From Eledone cirrhosa (Eukaryota): 64,000 nt of DNA. The position numbers and the translations under genes are program-made. Positions 38,408-54,007 of the stretch are shown one piece after another. Each line of letters opens with the position of its first letter. Within the stretch, counting starts at the first letter, position 1. The notes under the pieces are model-generated. The model saw only the letters and a program-made list of their open reading frames with translations, did not search any database and was not told where the DNA came from. The DNA lies in assembly GCA_964016885.1 (NCBI GenBank), contig OZ024743.1:106454001-106518000 (forward strand), given 5' to 3'.

Positions 38408-38838
38408 TTTAGTATGAAAGAGAAAACACAGGTAAACATTAAAAGAAGGATTTTATCCAGGTATTTACGACCGGAATCCTTCCACCTCTACCCCTCCCTC
38501 CATCTCAGTTCGTCACTCTACATCCTAAATCTTCTCCCCTTTCATCTCTCTCTATACTATTCCGTTTGTCCCCCTCACCTTCTAATTCCTCTTCCTCTCT
38601 CTCTCTATACTAGTAAATACAATTCCAACAAACTGTTTTTCTCTATATATTAAGAACTATTTCAAGAGTAACTTACTCACTATTTTGAACATTTGGACGT
38701 GAGCAACAATTATAAGTGAGTGGCTGCTATTTGTTGTATAGCAATATAAGGTTGTACTTACCAATGAAACGGTCGTAAATACCTGGATAAAATCCTTCTC
38801 TTAATGCTTACCTGTGTTTTCCCTTTTATACTTTATAA
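38408..38838. repeat. Element with ~65-bp imperfect inverted repeats (38408-38472 / 38771-38838), PLE-pLTR-like or MITE
   Basis: AAAACACAGGTAA.CATTAA.AGAAGGATTTTATCCAGGTATTTACGACC and its reverse complement. Confidence 0.65.
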
Positions 38839-39009
38839 TCCAAGATTGAACGGAATTCTTACAAACTTGTGGATTTACCCCTAACCGTACGTTGAAACGA
38901 TCCCTGAAACTGGCTTTCCTAACCACGCACTGGATCACAATAAGCAATTTTCTGCTTCGCTAACTATATATATATATATATATATGCATATATATACATA
39001 TATATATGC

Positions 39010-39097
<88 letters not shown>

Positions 39098-39518
39098 TCT
39101 CATTCGATTTACCTATTCTATAACCTCCCTCCTCCACTTCATACACTATCCTTATAATATGCTGTATACTTTTCACTTTCAACGCTTGACCGCTCCACTC
39201 ACACCCCTATTGTTCTGCAGGCAAGTTCAGCCACACCTCCCTCCAGCAAATGCCATGATAGACTTATTTGTGTTTACAACAAATTTTAACCAATCCTCTT
39301 GACAACTACCATCTTCCCATATGAGGAAGTAACCCCGTAACAAGTTCGACTATTTATTCACCAGGCTAACAATTCTAATTTAGTCCAGAAATACACGTCA
39401 AAACGGCTTGAGCTCTGCCGTCGGGCTCATACGTATTCCTCTTTCCCACTCTACTACCCTAAATATTGAGTAATCTGGTGCGTTATGGTCTATCTGGTTC
39501 CTTACGACAATTATTTTG

Positions 39519-39576
<58 letters not shown>

Positions 39577-40454
39577 TAAAACATGTCTATAGAATCACCA
39601 GATAAAATATATACCGTTTCCTCTCCCAATTAGCATAATTAACCATATAAAAAATCAATTAGTTCAAGCTATAATAATAAAGGCTCCTATGAAGAAATAT
39701 CCGCCAAATAACCGAAAGCAGCCCTTTCGCTGCGGTTACGACGTAGTATTTATCGAATATTTCGGCAGCATGTATAAATCGACCAGATATACAGTTAACT
39801 AAACAGAATTAGGTGTAAAATAAACTAGAAGAAAAGTGTACATATTTAATTACCTCTACCATGGTTTCGTCCGCATTTTAAGACATCGGATAACATGGGA
39901 TATCTAGAGCTTCGGATTCTTAAGGGGTTAGCTCAAATTTAGACAATTAATTTTCCAAAGTGATCGCGCCAAGAATACATTCAAAAATGGCTATAATCGT
40001 GACGTGGCAGCGGTCAAGTTAGAAAGGATGTGATTAGTTGCTTACGGCTGGTAGGCTTTTTGCTAGAAAGCGCAGCCCAATACAGCCAAATTGTATCTCA
40101 AGCTAACGGGAGATTATTACATATAACGGTTTACATATATATATAAAGTCATAGACATATATGTGTTTTGCAACGGGTCACTTTATGCCTCAAGGAAGAA
40201 TTAATAAATTAAAAAATCAAAGCTATATATCATAACACATGTCTATAGAATCACCAGATAAAATATATACCGTTTCCTCTCCCAATTAGCATAATTAACC
40301 ATATAAAAAATCAATTAGATCAAGCTATAAGAATAAAGGCTCCTATGAGAAATCTCCGACAAATAACCGAAAGCAGCCCCTTCGCGGCGGTTACGACGGA
40401 GTATTTATCGAATATTTCGATATGTAAACCTTTATATATATATATAGATATATA

Positions 40455-41060
40455 TTTAATTTCTCATATTATATATCTATGTCCCATTCATGAATATTAA
40501 TATTTATATTTTTATTATACATTTCATATGAATTGTTAACTCAACTTAATATGACATGACCTAAAGTTTTCATAATATCACTCTCTCTCTATATAACATT
40601 TCTCTCTCTTGAGTTTTTCTATCTGTCTGTTGACTTAATATCTCTCTGTTGCTTTCCTCTGTTTTTCTTATTTCTTCCTTTTTTCTTCTTTCTTCCTTTT
40701 CTCCTGTCTTTACTTATCTCTTTCTTTTTTTTCTCCATGCATCTCTCTCTCCGATATTTCTCCACGTTTTTTCTTTCTCTCCGTCTTTTTTTCTTTCTCT
40801 CCGTCTTTTTCTTTCTCTCCGTCTTTTTCTAATTGTCCTTAACACTATGACTTATTAAAGTTATATAAACAATTCACTATCCGGATGACTTCCAAAAACA
40901 ATGGTTGCATTTTAATAGGGTACGTCAAAGATTATTTGTAAAACTGTTATATATTGTATTTTGTCTGATGAAGGCATACCATAATTTAATTTGGTATCCA
41001 TGAAATATGTATAATGAAATAGATATGGTTTTATAAATATAGTTTCCATTTATTAATATC

Positions 41061-41062
<2 letters not shown>
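40455..41062 (+). mobile_element. Solo pLTR of PLE family 1 with hammerhead at 40957-41021
   Basis: Homologous to the reverse complement of ~1745-2360 and to 4293-4655; flanked by (TA)n. Confidence 0.8.
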
Positions 41063-41145
<83 letters not shown>

Positions 41146-41151
<6 letters not shown>

Positions 41152-41492
41152 ATTAAATAAATGGAAACTATATTTATAAAACCATATTTATTTCGTTATA
41201 TATATTTCAGGGATATCATATTAACAATATGTTATGCCTTCTTCAGACAAAATACAATATAAACAGTCTTATAAATAAATAGATACGACATACCTTTCAA
41301 TCACCTTGTATTTGGGAGGTTGCCAAATGCAAGGTGATTGAAAGGTATGTCGTATCTATTTATTTATAAGACTGTTTATATTGTATTTTGTCTGAAGAAG
41401 GCATAACATATTGTTAATATGATATCCCTGAAATATATATAACGAAATAAATATGGTTTTATAAATATAGTTTCCATTTATTTAATATCATA
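41146..41492. repeat. Near-perfect palindrome of PLE family 1 pLTR ends (170-bp arms, 7-nt spacer) with one hammerhead per strand
   Basis: Arms 41146-41315 and 41323-41492. The CTGAAGA..GAAA motif lies at ~41385-41449 (+) and ~41190-41255 (-). Confidence 0.9.
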
Positions 41493-41579
41493 AATACACT
41501 CCAAATACTTGTTGAGTGCTTTTATATCAGTTATAAATATTTACTCGTTGTTAACCCAACAATTTAAATATAACTTTCC

Positions 41580-41619
<40 letters not shown>

Positions 41620-41762
41620 TATATATATATGAGATATGGCAACATGAATATACTTCAATCTTTCTATATATTATTTAATTTCTCATTCTATTTTCTAATG
41701 AATGTTTAGCGACCGAAACTTTAAAACGCTTTCCCAAGTTTGTCAAGCGTAAAACTAATAAT

Positions 41763-41946
41763 TGTTTCTACTTTAGGCACAAGGCCAGCAAATACCCAGT
41801 GCATTACTGGTACTTTATTTTATCTACCCCGTAAGGATGAAAGGTAAAGTCAACCTCGGCGGGATTTGAACTCAGATCGTTAAGGGACGTAACTATGCTG
41901 GAAAGCATGGCGTCTGACCCTCTAACGATACTGCCAATCCACTGCC
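41763..41946 (-). mobile_element. Full-length SINE with 15-bp TSD (CGTAAAACTAATAAT)
   Basis: Exact TSD at 41748-41762 and 41947-41961. Sense 5' GGCAGTGGATTGGCAGTATCG; B-box GAGTTCAAATCC. Confidence 0.92.
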
Positions 41947-42699
41947 CGTAAAACTAATAATATGTCTTTTCATTGTGCTGTGATGTTTGCTTTGTTAATC
42001 CTGTTTCCCTTTTGTATATATATAGAGTTTTTGTATATATATATATATATATATAGTTGTTTTGTATATATACATATATAAAGTGGCTTCCTTGTTCAAT
42101 CATCTTACCAGAAGCCTAAAATTATTTATGTAAGCGGACAGTACTTGATTTAGGAGCCGCAGAAACCCAAATACTGGATTTGACCAACCTTCCAGGGGTC
42201 CGGGTAAATTTTCAATCACAGATATTTTTTATTTGTTTGACCCGAATTACTTTGGCTATGCGAATGAGTGTTTAACCATCGCCTCAGTGTGTTTGGCCTT
42301 TAACGTTTGGTATAGCGCTGGTTCATCTGAATCAGTTAGCACTTGCCACTCATCTCGGAGATTGTTTTTCGTTATTTCAAGGGCCGAAATGCGATTCTCG
42401 ATTATTTATGTTTGTATATATATATACAACTATATATGAATAAATATAACTCGTCATTTGTACTGAGTGCTCTACCTACTTTGGATATAAGCTCCCGGTT
42501 TGTAACCACAATGGATTAACAGATTATGTACACCTGCACCACGTGGAAGATTGTCATCCTCCCATGTGAGTATTCTTAATATCTTTTTGTCTTATACAAC
42601 CAGCACATTAGTAAAGTTAGAATGCATCTATATGAGTTGGATTATTGGTTGAAGAACATTCCCATTCCCTGGAACCAAGTTTATTCCAAGATTCTCCTC

Positions 42700-43615
42700 C
42701 AAAAGCAGACGACGTCATCACACGCTTGAGATGGCGCATGCTGGCTTTGGATGGGAAATAAAACTGGCACCATCGATAACTACAACATGAAATCTAGAGC
42801 CTATCCTCCCAAGTTAAATGACTTCGCTCCTTTCGACGTGGACCTTCTTGATTTAGTCGCTAACATTACTTTCCGCAGATAATCTAGCCATTTCCAAAAT
42901 AAAAGAAGAGTCATTTAAAAAATGTAGCTGCTTTTATTCATTATCATTAACGGAGGTACATATTACCAACACAACTAAAATCATCCAGTTCGATATAGTG
43001 GTTTCTACTCGTTGATTCCGTTGACCCTGTTGGATAAAGCGTTGTGGCTCAAATCCGTATTTGACTTGAATAGACAGATCATTACACACTGCAGAAAAGA
43101 ATCCCTCCCCTTCAATAATGGAGTAACCTGGGGAAACAAATCATATACCCCATACATATTCGATATCTCAACCTGATAATTCGCTAGTGATGAAGTATGC
43201 GGTTTGCTTGGGTAACACATATTAGATACATTTCGTGACAAATTCCCTGACTTCCACATGGGTTTATATGGCGACGAAGTTCTCACCCTATAGGACCATA
43301 AATGCTGTCACGTCCTCGACCAATTTATAAAAAACCGGATAACCGCGCTCAATGAATTGGGAATTAAGTTCACCCTAGCCACAAATCTAACTAGTTCAAA
43401 TTAATTATACACCAATCTACACCTTTGCACACACACACACACATTCAGATCTCTCCACCATATTAAAGAAAAGTTTACTTATATACACAATGACTCGTGG
43501 CATCCATATACGGTCTTTAATAACTCCGTCAAAAACATCATCACTAGGATTAATAATATTTCTTCTAACGAGGCCATATTTGAATGAGCTATATCTTACT
43601 ATAAGGCTGCGTTAG
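42700..43615 (+). pseudogene. Highly decayed Penelope-like RT remnant
   Basis: 43481-43613 reads YIHNDSWHPYTVFNNSVKNIITRINNISSNEAIFE*AISYYKAAL, matching the PLE thumb seen at ~4200-4270. The 5' limit is uncertain. Confidence 0.55.
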
Positions 43616-43696
43616 TCAATAGTGGATTCTCCGATAAAATTCCATACTTCCCTCCTAATCACACAACCAGTAGAAAGAAAAATAAAGATAAAAAAA

Positions 43697-43792
43697 TAAC
43701 TTTGCCTTTCATCTTTACGGGGTCGATAAAATAAAGTACCAGTAATGTATTGGGTAATTACTGGCCTTGTGCCAAAAATAGAAACAATTATT
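43697..43792 (+). mobile_element. 5'-truncated SINE
   Basis: GCCTTTCATCTTTACGGGGTCGATAAAATAAAGTACCAG...GAAACAATTATT. Confidence 0.85.
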
Positions 43793-43970
43793 GCGTGAAA
43801 CCTTTTTTCAAATATATTTATACACACACACACACACACACATATATATATGTATGTGTGTGTGTGTATGTGTGTGTATGGGTGTGTGTGCATGTGTGTG
43901 TTTGTCTGTGTGTGTGTGTCTGTGTGTGTGTGTTTGTCTGTGTGTGTGTGTCTCTATATGTGTGTGTGTC

Positions 43971-44006
<36 letters not shown>

Positions 44007-44451
44007 TTTGTGTGTGTGTGGATGTATGTGTGTGTGTGTGTGTGTGAAAAGCAAAAAATGCGCTGAAGAAATATATTAATTTACCGCTTGATAGAATAGG
44101 AACAGTTTCCTAATGTTTCCGAAACTAATCCTTCATTAGATGATGAAACGAGAAATATACGGAGGACTAGAAATATAGATAGTGAGGTGAGGAATGAACA
44201 GAAAATATATTTTTTAAGAAAAATAAGGGCGTTTTTTCAGATATATTTATAGAGCAAATGCATATCCTGCGACCATATTGATTACCCACTAACCTCCAAA
44301 GTAAACCGATATACAAATTTGCAAGAAATTCTTTTTGACGTCAAAGGATCTCTCAGAAATTAATTTTTCTCCTTAGCTGGTCTCTGTATAAAATCATTCC
44401 TCCATCAGAAGGTTTTTTATTCCCTATCTACTTCCTATCTGTTTCAGGTAA

Positions 44452-46450
<1,999 letters not shown>

Positions 46451-46534
46451 TTTTTGTGTTTTCATTGGTCAATTTGAACTCTGTTCCCAAACAGACCTGT
46501 AATTTTGAATTGTTGTTATTATCAATAAATATAT

Positions 46535-46688
46535 TTCATTATTTCTGAAGATGGCATATATATGTGTTGGTATGTATATTTAATTTTGATAGTTTGTATA
46601 ATTTTGTATAATTTTGTACATAGATCTGTTGAATATGCATGCCAATTCTAACACATATATATCCTAGAAACAATCTTTAAATAATGAA
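46535..46688 (+). ncRNA. Type I hammerhead motif with long stem II (stem III degenerate)
   Basis: TTCATTATTT-CTGAAGA-TGGCATATATATGTGTTGG...CTAACACATATATATCCTA-GAAA-CAATCTTT-AAATAATGAA. Stem I is a perfect 10 bp. Confidence 0.65.
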
Positions 46689-46742
46689 CTTTTTTTGTTT
46701 AATATAAGGAACTGTTTCATTGTTTTATTCATTATTTTTTTA

Positions 46743-46774
<32 letters not shown>

Positions 46775-46982
46775 CATACACATATAGGTGTGTACGTCTC
46801 AAACCCCTTACGGTGTCCTCAACAAAAATATATTCTTAACACCGTTATATATCTTGAAGCATACTCTATGCGTTCTCAGAAACTAATTAGATACAACTGG
46901 GAATATCTGAATAATTTTCGTAGGAGCTGAGTTATATCCTAAATTATGTTTCACATATTTCGATAGCTCCGCTAAGAAGTCA

Positions 46983-47883
46983 TCTATGTATATAAAACTG
47001 AGGATGTCTCTGTGTGTGTGTGTGAGTTTGAAACACTAAAATTCGGAACCACCTAACCGACTGTTTTCAAACTTTACACATGTAAAACTATGTTTCAGGG
47101 AGTGTTCTGAGTAAAACAAATTTCAAATGTTCAATGCCCTAGGGACCGCATTAGGCGATTAACGATCTCCCTCTGTGATTCTTAGTCTTTCTCTTTTTAG
47201 ATAGATACATACATATAACGTCGCGCCCTTATAATATCTGTCTGTATGCGCATTACGCACTTCCCTGAGGATGTCTGTATGTGTGTGTGTGTCTGTGTGT
47301 TTGAATCCCTAAAACTCGATAAGTACCCAACCGACTTTTTTCAAAAATTACATGTGTATTACTTATATTTCAGGGAGTGTTATGCCTATAAAAAACATTC
47401 AACTTTTTGATCCGATAGAACACGCATTAGGTGATAAACTGCATTTTTTCAGGTTTTTAGAGGTTTTTTCAGTCGTTACGTCAGGCTGATTTCCTTGAAA
47501 TTGTAACTATGTATTAGTCAGTCTCTTCTTCATACCGTGAGCAAAGAAAATTCAACATTTTTATAGCCAAGGTGAAAAACTTCATTTTTTCAACTTTTGG
47601 GGGCTTTTTTGAGGCGTTACATCTAGCCGATTTTCCCGAAATTTCAAGGCATATTATGCACATAAAAAAAATCATTTTCTTGATACCTTAGGGACCGCAT
47701 TAGGTGAAAACCTGCATTTTTCCTGCTTCATCGAGGAAAATCTTAAAGATTATCCTGCCATCAGAGTATTCGGTTTATTTACTTCACATATTGTCCACGC
47801 ATGCAGTTTTTCCATGATTAGGTCTGTTGGCGTCCCGCAGTCCGAAATACCTAATCCCGTGCAACGCCGGGTATCACTTCTAG
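46983..47883 (+). mobile_element. Non-autonomous Helitron
   Basis: A|TCTATGTATATAAAA 5' end, subterminal hairpin CCCGTGCAACGCCGGG at 47856-47871, CTAG|T 3' end, no TSD. Internal duplication ~46998-47160 / ~47265-47435. Confidence 0.85.
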
Positions 47884-49051
47884 TAAACACTATGTGGAGA
47901 TGCTTAAGCAAAGTAATAATTATACGAGACAAACGTAATATCTAATGTTTGACACGATTTAGAAGAATGCAATCAACACGGTGTGTAGCTTCATAACTTT
48001 CTCACTTGCCCTTTCTTAGCAGCGTATCAGTTCTTGCGGAGAAGACATTTGATAAATGGCCTTCAAACAGTGATTATCTCGTGTTTCATGGAATCTATAT
48101 TAATTTTGGATTACATTATACAATATAACATTTATTTGTCATACGGTAGAATGTGATTGCAATGTCATTTTCATCTTTTAGATGCCGAGCGACAACCCAG
48201 TGTTGCTTTTTCATTGGCTTTTTAGGCACATTATTATTGATTTACACTAGCTCAACTACGATCGATCAGCATTATATAAATAAGTTTGAGGTTGTAAGCA
48301 GCCCGGCTTTTTTCAAACAGATAGCATTTAAAATTAAATATTTTCCTCTAACAATGACAGGAAATTTTGGAGAGGTTAAAATCGATTATATAACCTTCAG
48401 TTCTTTCAGTGTACTTTATTGAGTCAGTTCAGGAAGGAAGAAAATTACGTTGACCTCAGGGAGATTTGCATGTAGAACCTAGAAAGTCGTATCAAAATTC
48501 ACAAATCACTTTTTAAAACGCTCCACTGATAATACGATTCCCCTAACCGTGTATCTAAGTTTGACAATGGATTCTATAATTATTATGTATTTATTTATTT
48601 AAACAAATGCATCTGTCATTTGGCTTTCAAATACGTACATATTTAGGAGGTTTGATTGCTCTACAGAAAACGTAGAGTGAACAACAAGTAGAATCTACCT
48701 CTTTGATGTGCAATGTGTCTAGATATTGGAATATGTAATATGTTAAACAGTTGTATTGAATTCAATTTAGTAATTCAATTTAAACACAGAGACTGCAGAT
48801 CGGTTTATACAAAACTATACTATATGCAAAAAAGAAGTTTGTATTTATTTTTAAATTTCCTAACATATCTTTGGAAATTTCAGTTTCTATTAAATCTCCA
48901 ATGATTTATCATACAAGATGAAAACGATGTGAGCGTTTGATATTTAAGAAATTAGATACAAAATCGTGAACACACACTACAGCTAACCCGCACGTACACA
49001 AATACACACACACGCGCGCACACACACATATATATCAGTATATACATTTGA

Positions 49052-49086
<35 letters not shown>

Positions 49087-49204
49087 GCTAGATATATTTC
49101 TTTATTAGCCACAATATATAGATAGAGAGATAGATAGATAGATAGATAGATAGATAGGTAGGGAGATAGATAGATAGGTAGGTAGATAGATAGATATGTA
49201 AATA

Positions 49205-52200
49205 GATCTTCCTCCTCCATGCCTAGGGATTATCTGAGGGCGTCGTCGCACCTAATACTGACCAACCCTCTATAGAATGTCTAGGTGGGAGTCTCCACTG
49301 ATAGCTGGTCCACCTGCCAGAGAGCCGTGAGCGCCTGAGCACACTCCGTGAGCCAGGCGCCCAGTTTTCTCGGTCTTTGCTTGACCCAGGATTGCAGTTC
49401 GGTAAGCGAGATGAGTCTCGGAAAGGCTCGCCTTACAAACGAGGCCCACACCGGTTGACCGGTGAGGAATACCTGGAGGTGTCGTAGCCTTAATGCGCAT
49501 GTACGCATCTGCAGCCACGGCACCCCCAGCCCTTCTTTCGAAAGGGTGTTGAAAGCAGATGGATCTCCTCACCAAAGGAGTCCGCCTCTTCCAAAGGAAT
49601 TGGAAGAGTGTGCGCTCGATATTGGTGAGCGTTTCACCTGGGCAAGGCACAACAGTCAAGCGGTATTAGATGACGGAAGCTATATAAGCGTTCGCCACCT
49701 CAGCCTGACCTTTCAGGGATAGTTTGCACTCGGCCCACTTCTGGGCCAGTGCAAACACCCTGTTCGTTACCTCACCCCTGTTCTACTCCACCTGGAGATC
49801 TGGTCCGAACCAAACCCCGAGAAGCTTCACCGGGCCCTCCGTCCAGCGTCCGACGACGTCGTCGGAGAGCATATGTCTGCCCCCACCACGCGCCGAGCTG
49901 CAAACCGACGGACTTGTTCCGGTTCAGCTTCTCCCATGTAAACATTTCGTATTCCTCCAGTAAGGTGCCGATCGTCCCGAATTCCGAGGTACTCGACACC
50001 ATTCCTCTCACCTCATCGGCGTAGGCCGACACCGCATTCCCATATCCCGGTTCCAAAGGGATGCCATGCAACGACTCCAAATTCCGCAGCAGTGGCTCGA
50101 GAGCCAGCACATACAGAAGAGATGGGAGAGTGCACCCCTCTCGGATGGACCTCGCGATTTGGAACGGCTCCGAGAGGTAGCCTTTCACGTTGACCAGATG
50201 CAGCTGCTGTGCCTGGCAGTAACCCAGCCCCTGAAAACGGGTCCGAAACCTGCTGCCACTAGCACCGCATGCAGGTAACCATGGTCGACCCTATCTAACG
50301 CCTTAGATTGATCCAGAGTTGAGCAGGGCCCCATCAAAGCCGGGTTCATTCCCTACCCTCTCTATGATGTATTACATGAGGTGGAGTTTGTCGTGAATCG
50401 ACCTGGACGGGATAGCGCCAGTCTGTACATCTCCCACCAGGTTGCCCACGATAAGCGGCAACCTCTTTGCTAACACCTTGGCCAAAATCTTTAACTCCAC
50501 ATTTAGCAGAGTTATGGGCCTGAAATTACTTATTTCATCCCCCTTGTTCTCGTCCATCCTCACTAGCGAGACTATGCCCTTGGTAACAGAACAGGTAATT
50601 CTCCCGTTCTGTTGCCAGTTGCAGTAGAGCGCCTCGAGGAGATCGGAGAAAAAGACCGGCATCGCTACATAAAGTTCGTATGGAAGACCATCGAGACCTG
50701 CGGATTTGCGTTTGCCGCTTTGGCTCAACACGTCCCCTATTTCAGCAGCTGAAATAGGCCTTTCGCAGGACTTCGCCTCCTCGTTTGAAAGACACGGTAG
50801 GCCGTCGAGGTATGCACCGAATTCCACATCCCCATCCACCCCTCCCGAACAGTCGTGCAAAGTGCTTTTGAAAGGCTTCAGATATCTTTCCAGGTTCAAG
50901 AATCACCCGTCCATTCTGGTCCTTCAAAGGTCGTATAGTGGATTTAATCCCAATTTTGGCTTCTGTCACGCGTTTCCTAGAGCACGTATTTTGCTTCTGA
51001 CAACGCAGCCTTCCTGCTTCGCGTCGAAAAACTGGTCTAAGGCCGTTCTCGACGCTAGCACTCTTGCTATGTTGCCGCTTCTAATCGCCTCTTCTACTTT
51101 ATCTACCAACTCCCTTTCCTTCCTATTCCTATCTGAGGCTAATTCCTTACTAAGACCTATTGAGACTACTCTAATCTCTCTCTTGAGAGAGGCCCACCAC
51201 CTGCTGTTGACGATAGCCCCCGTCAACCGTTCCTTAACTAAAGCGCTAATCCGATCCCTGTAAGCTTTACTTGCCGGTAAGGACAACTTCAGCTTCCAGT
51301 AACCGGGTCCCCGTCTATGCGTTCTATCAAGGTTGACGAAACAGGTCACTAATGTGTGATCTGAATAGCGAACCATGCGCATCTCTGGACAACTTAGTAG
51401 GTCCCTATCCGTATTTCTAACTAGGACCCTATCTAGGTACGACCTAGATGATCCGCTGTGGTTAGTCCAAGTCCAGGTTGGCGCAGTCGGAAAATCTAAT
51501 CGATATCTATCGGCCAGGTCAAATCGGTCGATTAACAGTTTGAGGCTGTTACACCCCCCTCTATCGGTACATGCCCCTACATAGTCCCAACGTGCATCTA
51601 GGATACCATTCCAGTCCCCCACTAAAATGAAGGAGCGGGACGTCCCTAGAAAATTATCCACGCGTTGGAAGGAGTCCAGCCTCGCTGCCCCAAAAGGGGC
51701 ATAGGCGGCGACCAGCCTAAAGGCTCCACCTTCACCACGGCCAACTTCAAGTACCACCAGTCGATCCTCCGGGTCCAAGTGCACCGTCTGCGTTGCGAGG
51801 CCCAGTCTTTTGCAGCAGAACGACAACCCCACCCCCATCTCCTGGCTGACAGAGGGATGCATAGATCTCAAAGTCGTTAAAGGTGGGGGCTAGCTGGCGT
51901 TCGCTGCTGAACCTGGACTCGCAAATAGCCATGACATTTATACTGCGCAACCTGACGTCATTTAGAAGTTTTGCCTGCTTCCAAGGTGAGCTCAGGCCAG
52001 CGCATTCAAATATAGTACTCTCAATACAGCCATGTTGTCGGCGAAGGGGAAGAAAAAGAAATCGTACCTACCTCCTTACGTCCCGTGGACCAGGCTGCAC
52101 AACTTCCATGGGGGTGAAGGAGGGGTTGTTGGGTGGGGTGGTGGTTTGTGGTGGCGTGGGTGGGAAATTTTTCAAGAGGACGCGGTACATTGGTTTTACA

Positions 52201-54007
52201 CAGCGTACGTCCTCAGAAAGATTGTTTTTCAGTTCTATATAAATGTCTATCGAAATTTTAATCATTTTTAAAGAGGGGTTCTCTGTCTCTCGTAAAATGT
52301 GGCTGGTCGGTTTGCACTGAATGCTTTTGTTAAATTTTGTTTACAAGTTTTATATTTGTTTGTGTTGAAGTATGTGTATAGCTGTGTCTGTGTAATTTTT
52401 GTTGGTTTTTGTTTTGTATTTTTTTGTTTTGTTTTTGGGAGGGGTTATTTTGCTTTGTGTGGGTGCGCTGTGTTTTCTTTTTTTTTCGCCTTATTTTTTG
52501 GAAGGGTTCCCCCTCGTTTTCTGACGTTAAGGGACCTTCTTCCATGTTGGAGGGGAGGGGTATATTTGGGGGATTTGGTTATGTATGTTGTTCGAGTTGT
52601 TTTAGGTGTGGAGGTGTTGGGCGGTACCGTGTTCAGTTTTTTGTTGACTTGTTGTGTTTGTTGTTTTGGGGGTGGTGGTGGTGGTGATTGTGTTTTTGTT
52701 TGTGGAGGGGTTAGGTGGTCCGTGTTCAGTTTTTTGTTGACTTGTATTTGTTGAGGTGGTGTTGTTGTTTTTGGAGGTGTTGGCAGTAAAGACCTCTTCC
52801 TCCACAGAGGTAGCAAGCGGGTCGCCTACCCTCAAATGCAATGTTCATAAATAGGGAACCTTCCAGGGACATTCTTTGGGGTATCTTTGCGATGCGTTCT
52901 GGTTTCATGCCTATGCCACCAAAGTGGCCCCTGGTGGTTTTGCCTATATCAAGGAGTTCATCTTCGTCGTCCAGTATCCCTCCTAGTATCCACCATATTT
53001 TTGTATTTGGGTGTATACCGGAGATTGATATTCTTTTAGTGTTCTTCCCCACGTAGGTGGGGAAGAAAGTGTACTGTTTGGACACAATTGGCGACACGAG
53101 TATTTTTGGGCCACCAATTGGTCCTTCATCAAAATTGTCAGACTCCCATATAACTTCCCTCTCTCACTAAAAATCATGTCCTTGAACGTGTCTTTTAACA
53201 CCAGATCAATTTCGCTATGCGATAATTGAGCTAGTTTTTTCGACGCATTTGATACAGTTCTAAAATGAATTCTCCTTAGGACCGGGTCTCTTTTAATATC
53301 CTTAGGGGAGATTATGGTGAATTCACCGTTTTCACCAAAGCTCACCTGTTTTCTCTCCTCTTTTAGCAATTCTGCTGTATTACTGATGTCAAATGGGGTG
53401 AAAATTTCGTTGCTGTTGTTCTTGCTTTCTTGGGAGTTTGCGGTTTGTTGTTGTTGTTTGCGGTACAGTTTTGCGGTTTTTCACCCATTTTTTCATGTTT
53501 TGAGTTCACATTTATGTTGTTTTCTTTGTCATTGTTGCTGCTGTTTTCGCTTTTGTGTGTGTTTGTGTTATTTTCTTTGTTATTTGTGTTGGTGTTGTCG
53601 GTATCAGTGTAATTTATACATTCTTTCAATTTACTGTTTCCATTGTTTGGGTTATTACTCAAGTTTTTACAATTGTTCGCCAAATCCGCTTCCATACTCG
53701 CATGAGAAAGCGAGAGGAGGGAAGCTTCAGAAGGTTGAGTTACTTGTTCCTCTTTATCACTTTCCATGGGTGGGGGGCGTGGCAGTGGTGTTTTCATGTA
53801 TGGTGTCCATTATTGTAAGTTGGTATACACATTTTTCAAATTAGTTCTTACCCCCGAAAAGGGGTAAAAATAAAATAACCACCCGTCTGCAAGTCCAGGG
53901 GGAGGTTAGGTCACACAAATAAAACAAATGAAACACAAACGCACAGTCAAAAACGTAATACAAATCCAAAAAGGCTGAAGCCGGCGTAACACACGTCTAC
54001 TATCAAC
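49205..54007 (-). mobile_element. Second L1/Tx1-like element (ORF1 + APE-RT ORF2), degenerate, 3'-truncated, flanked by (GATA)n
   Basis: ORF1 has an Asn-rich start and FEGRRPACYLCGGRG. ORF2: AICESR, LVAAYAP, LVGDWN, SYLDRVL, SDH, GPGYWKL, KSAGLDGLP, NFRPITLLNVELKILAKVLAKRL, LYVLALEPL, SAYADEV. Confidence 0.9.

Noticed and set aside
41763-41946. tRNA gene (A/B boxes)
   Set aside because: It is the head of a multi-copy SINE with TSDs; no cloverleaf.
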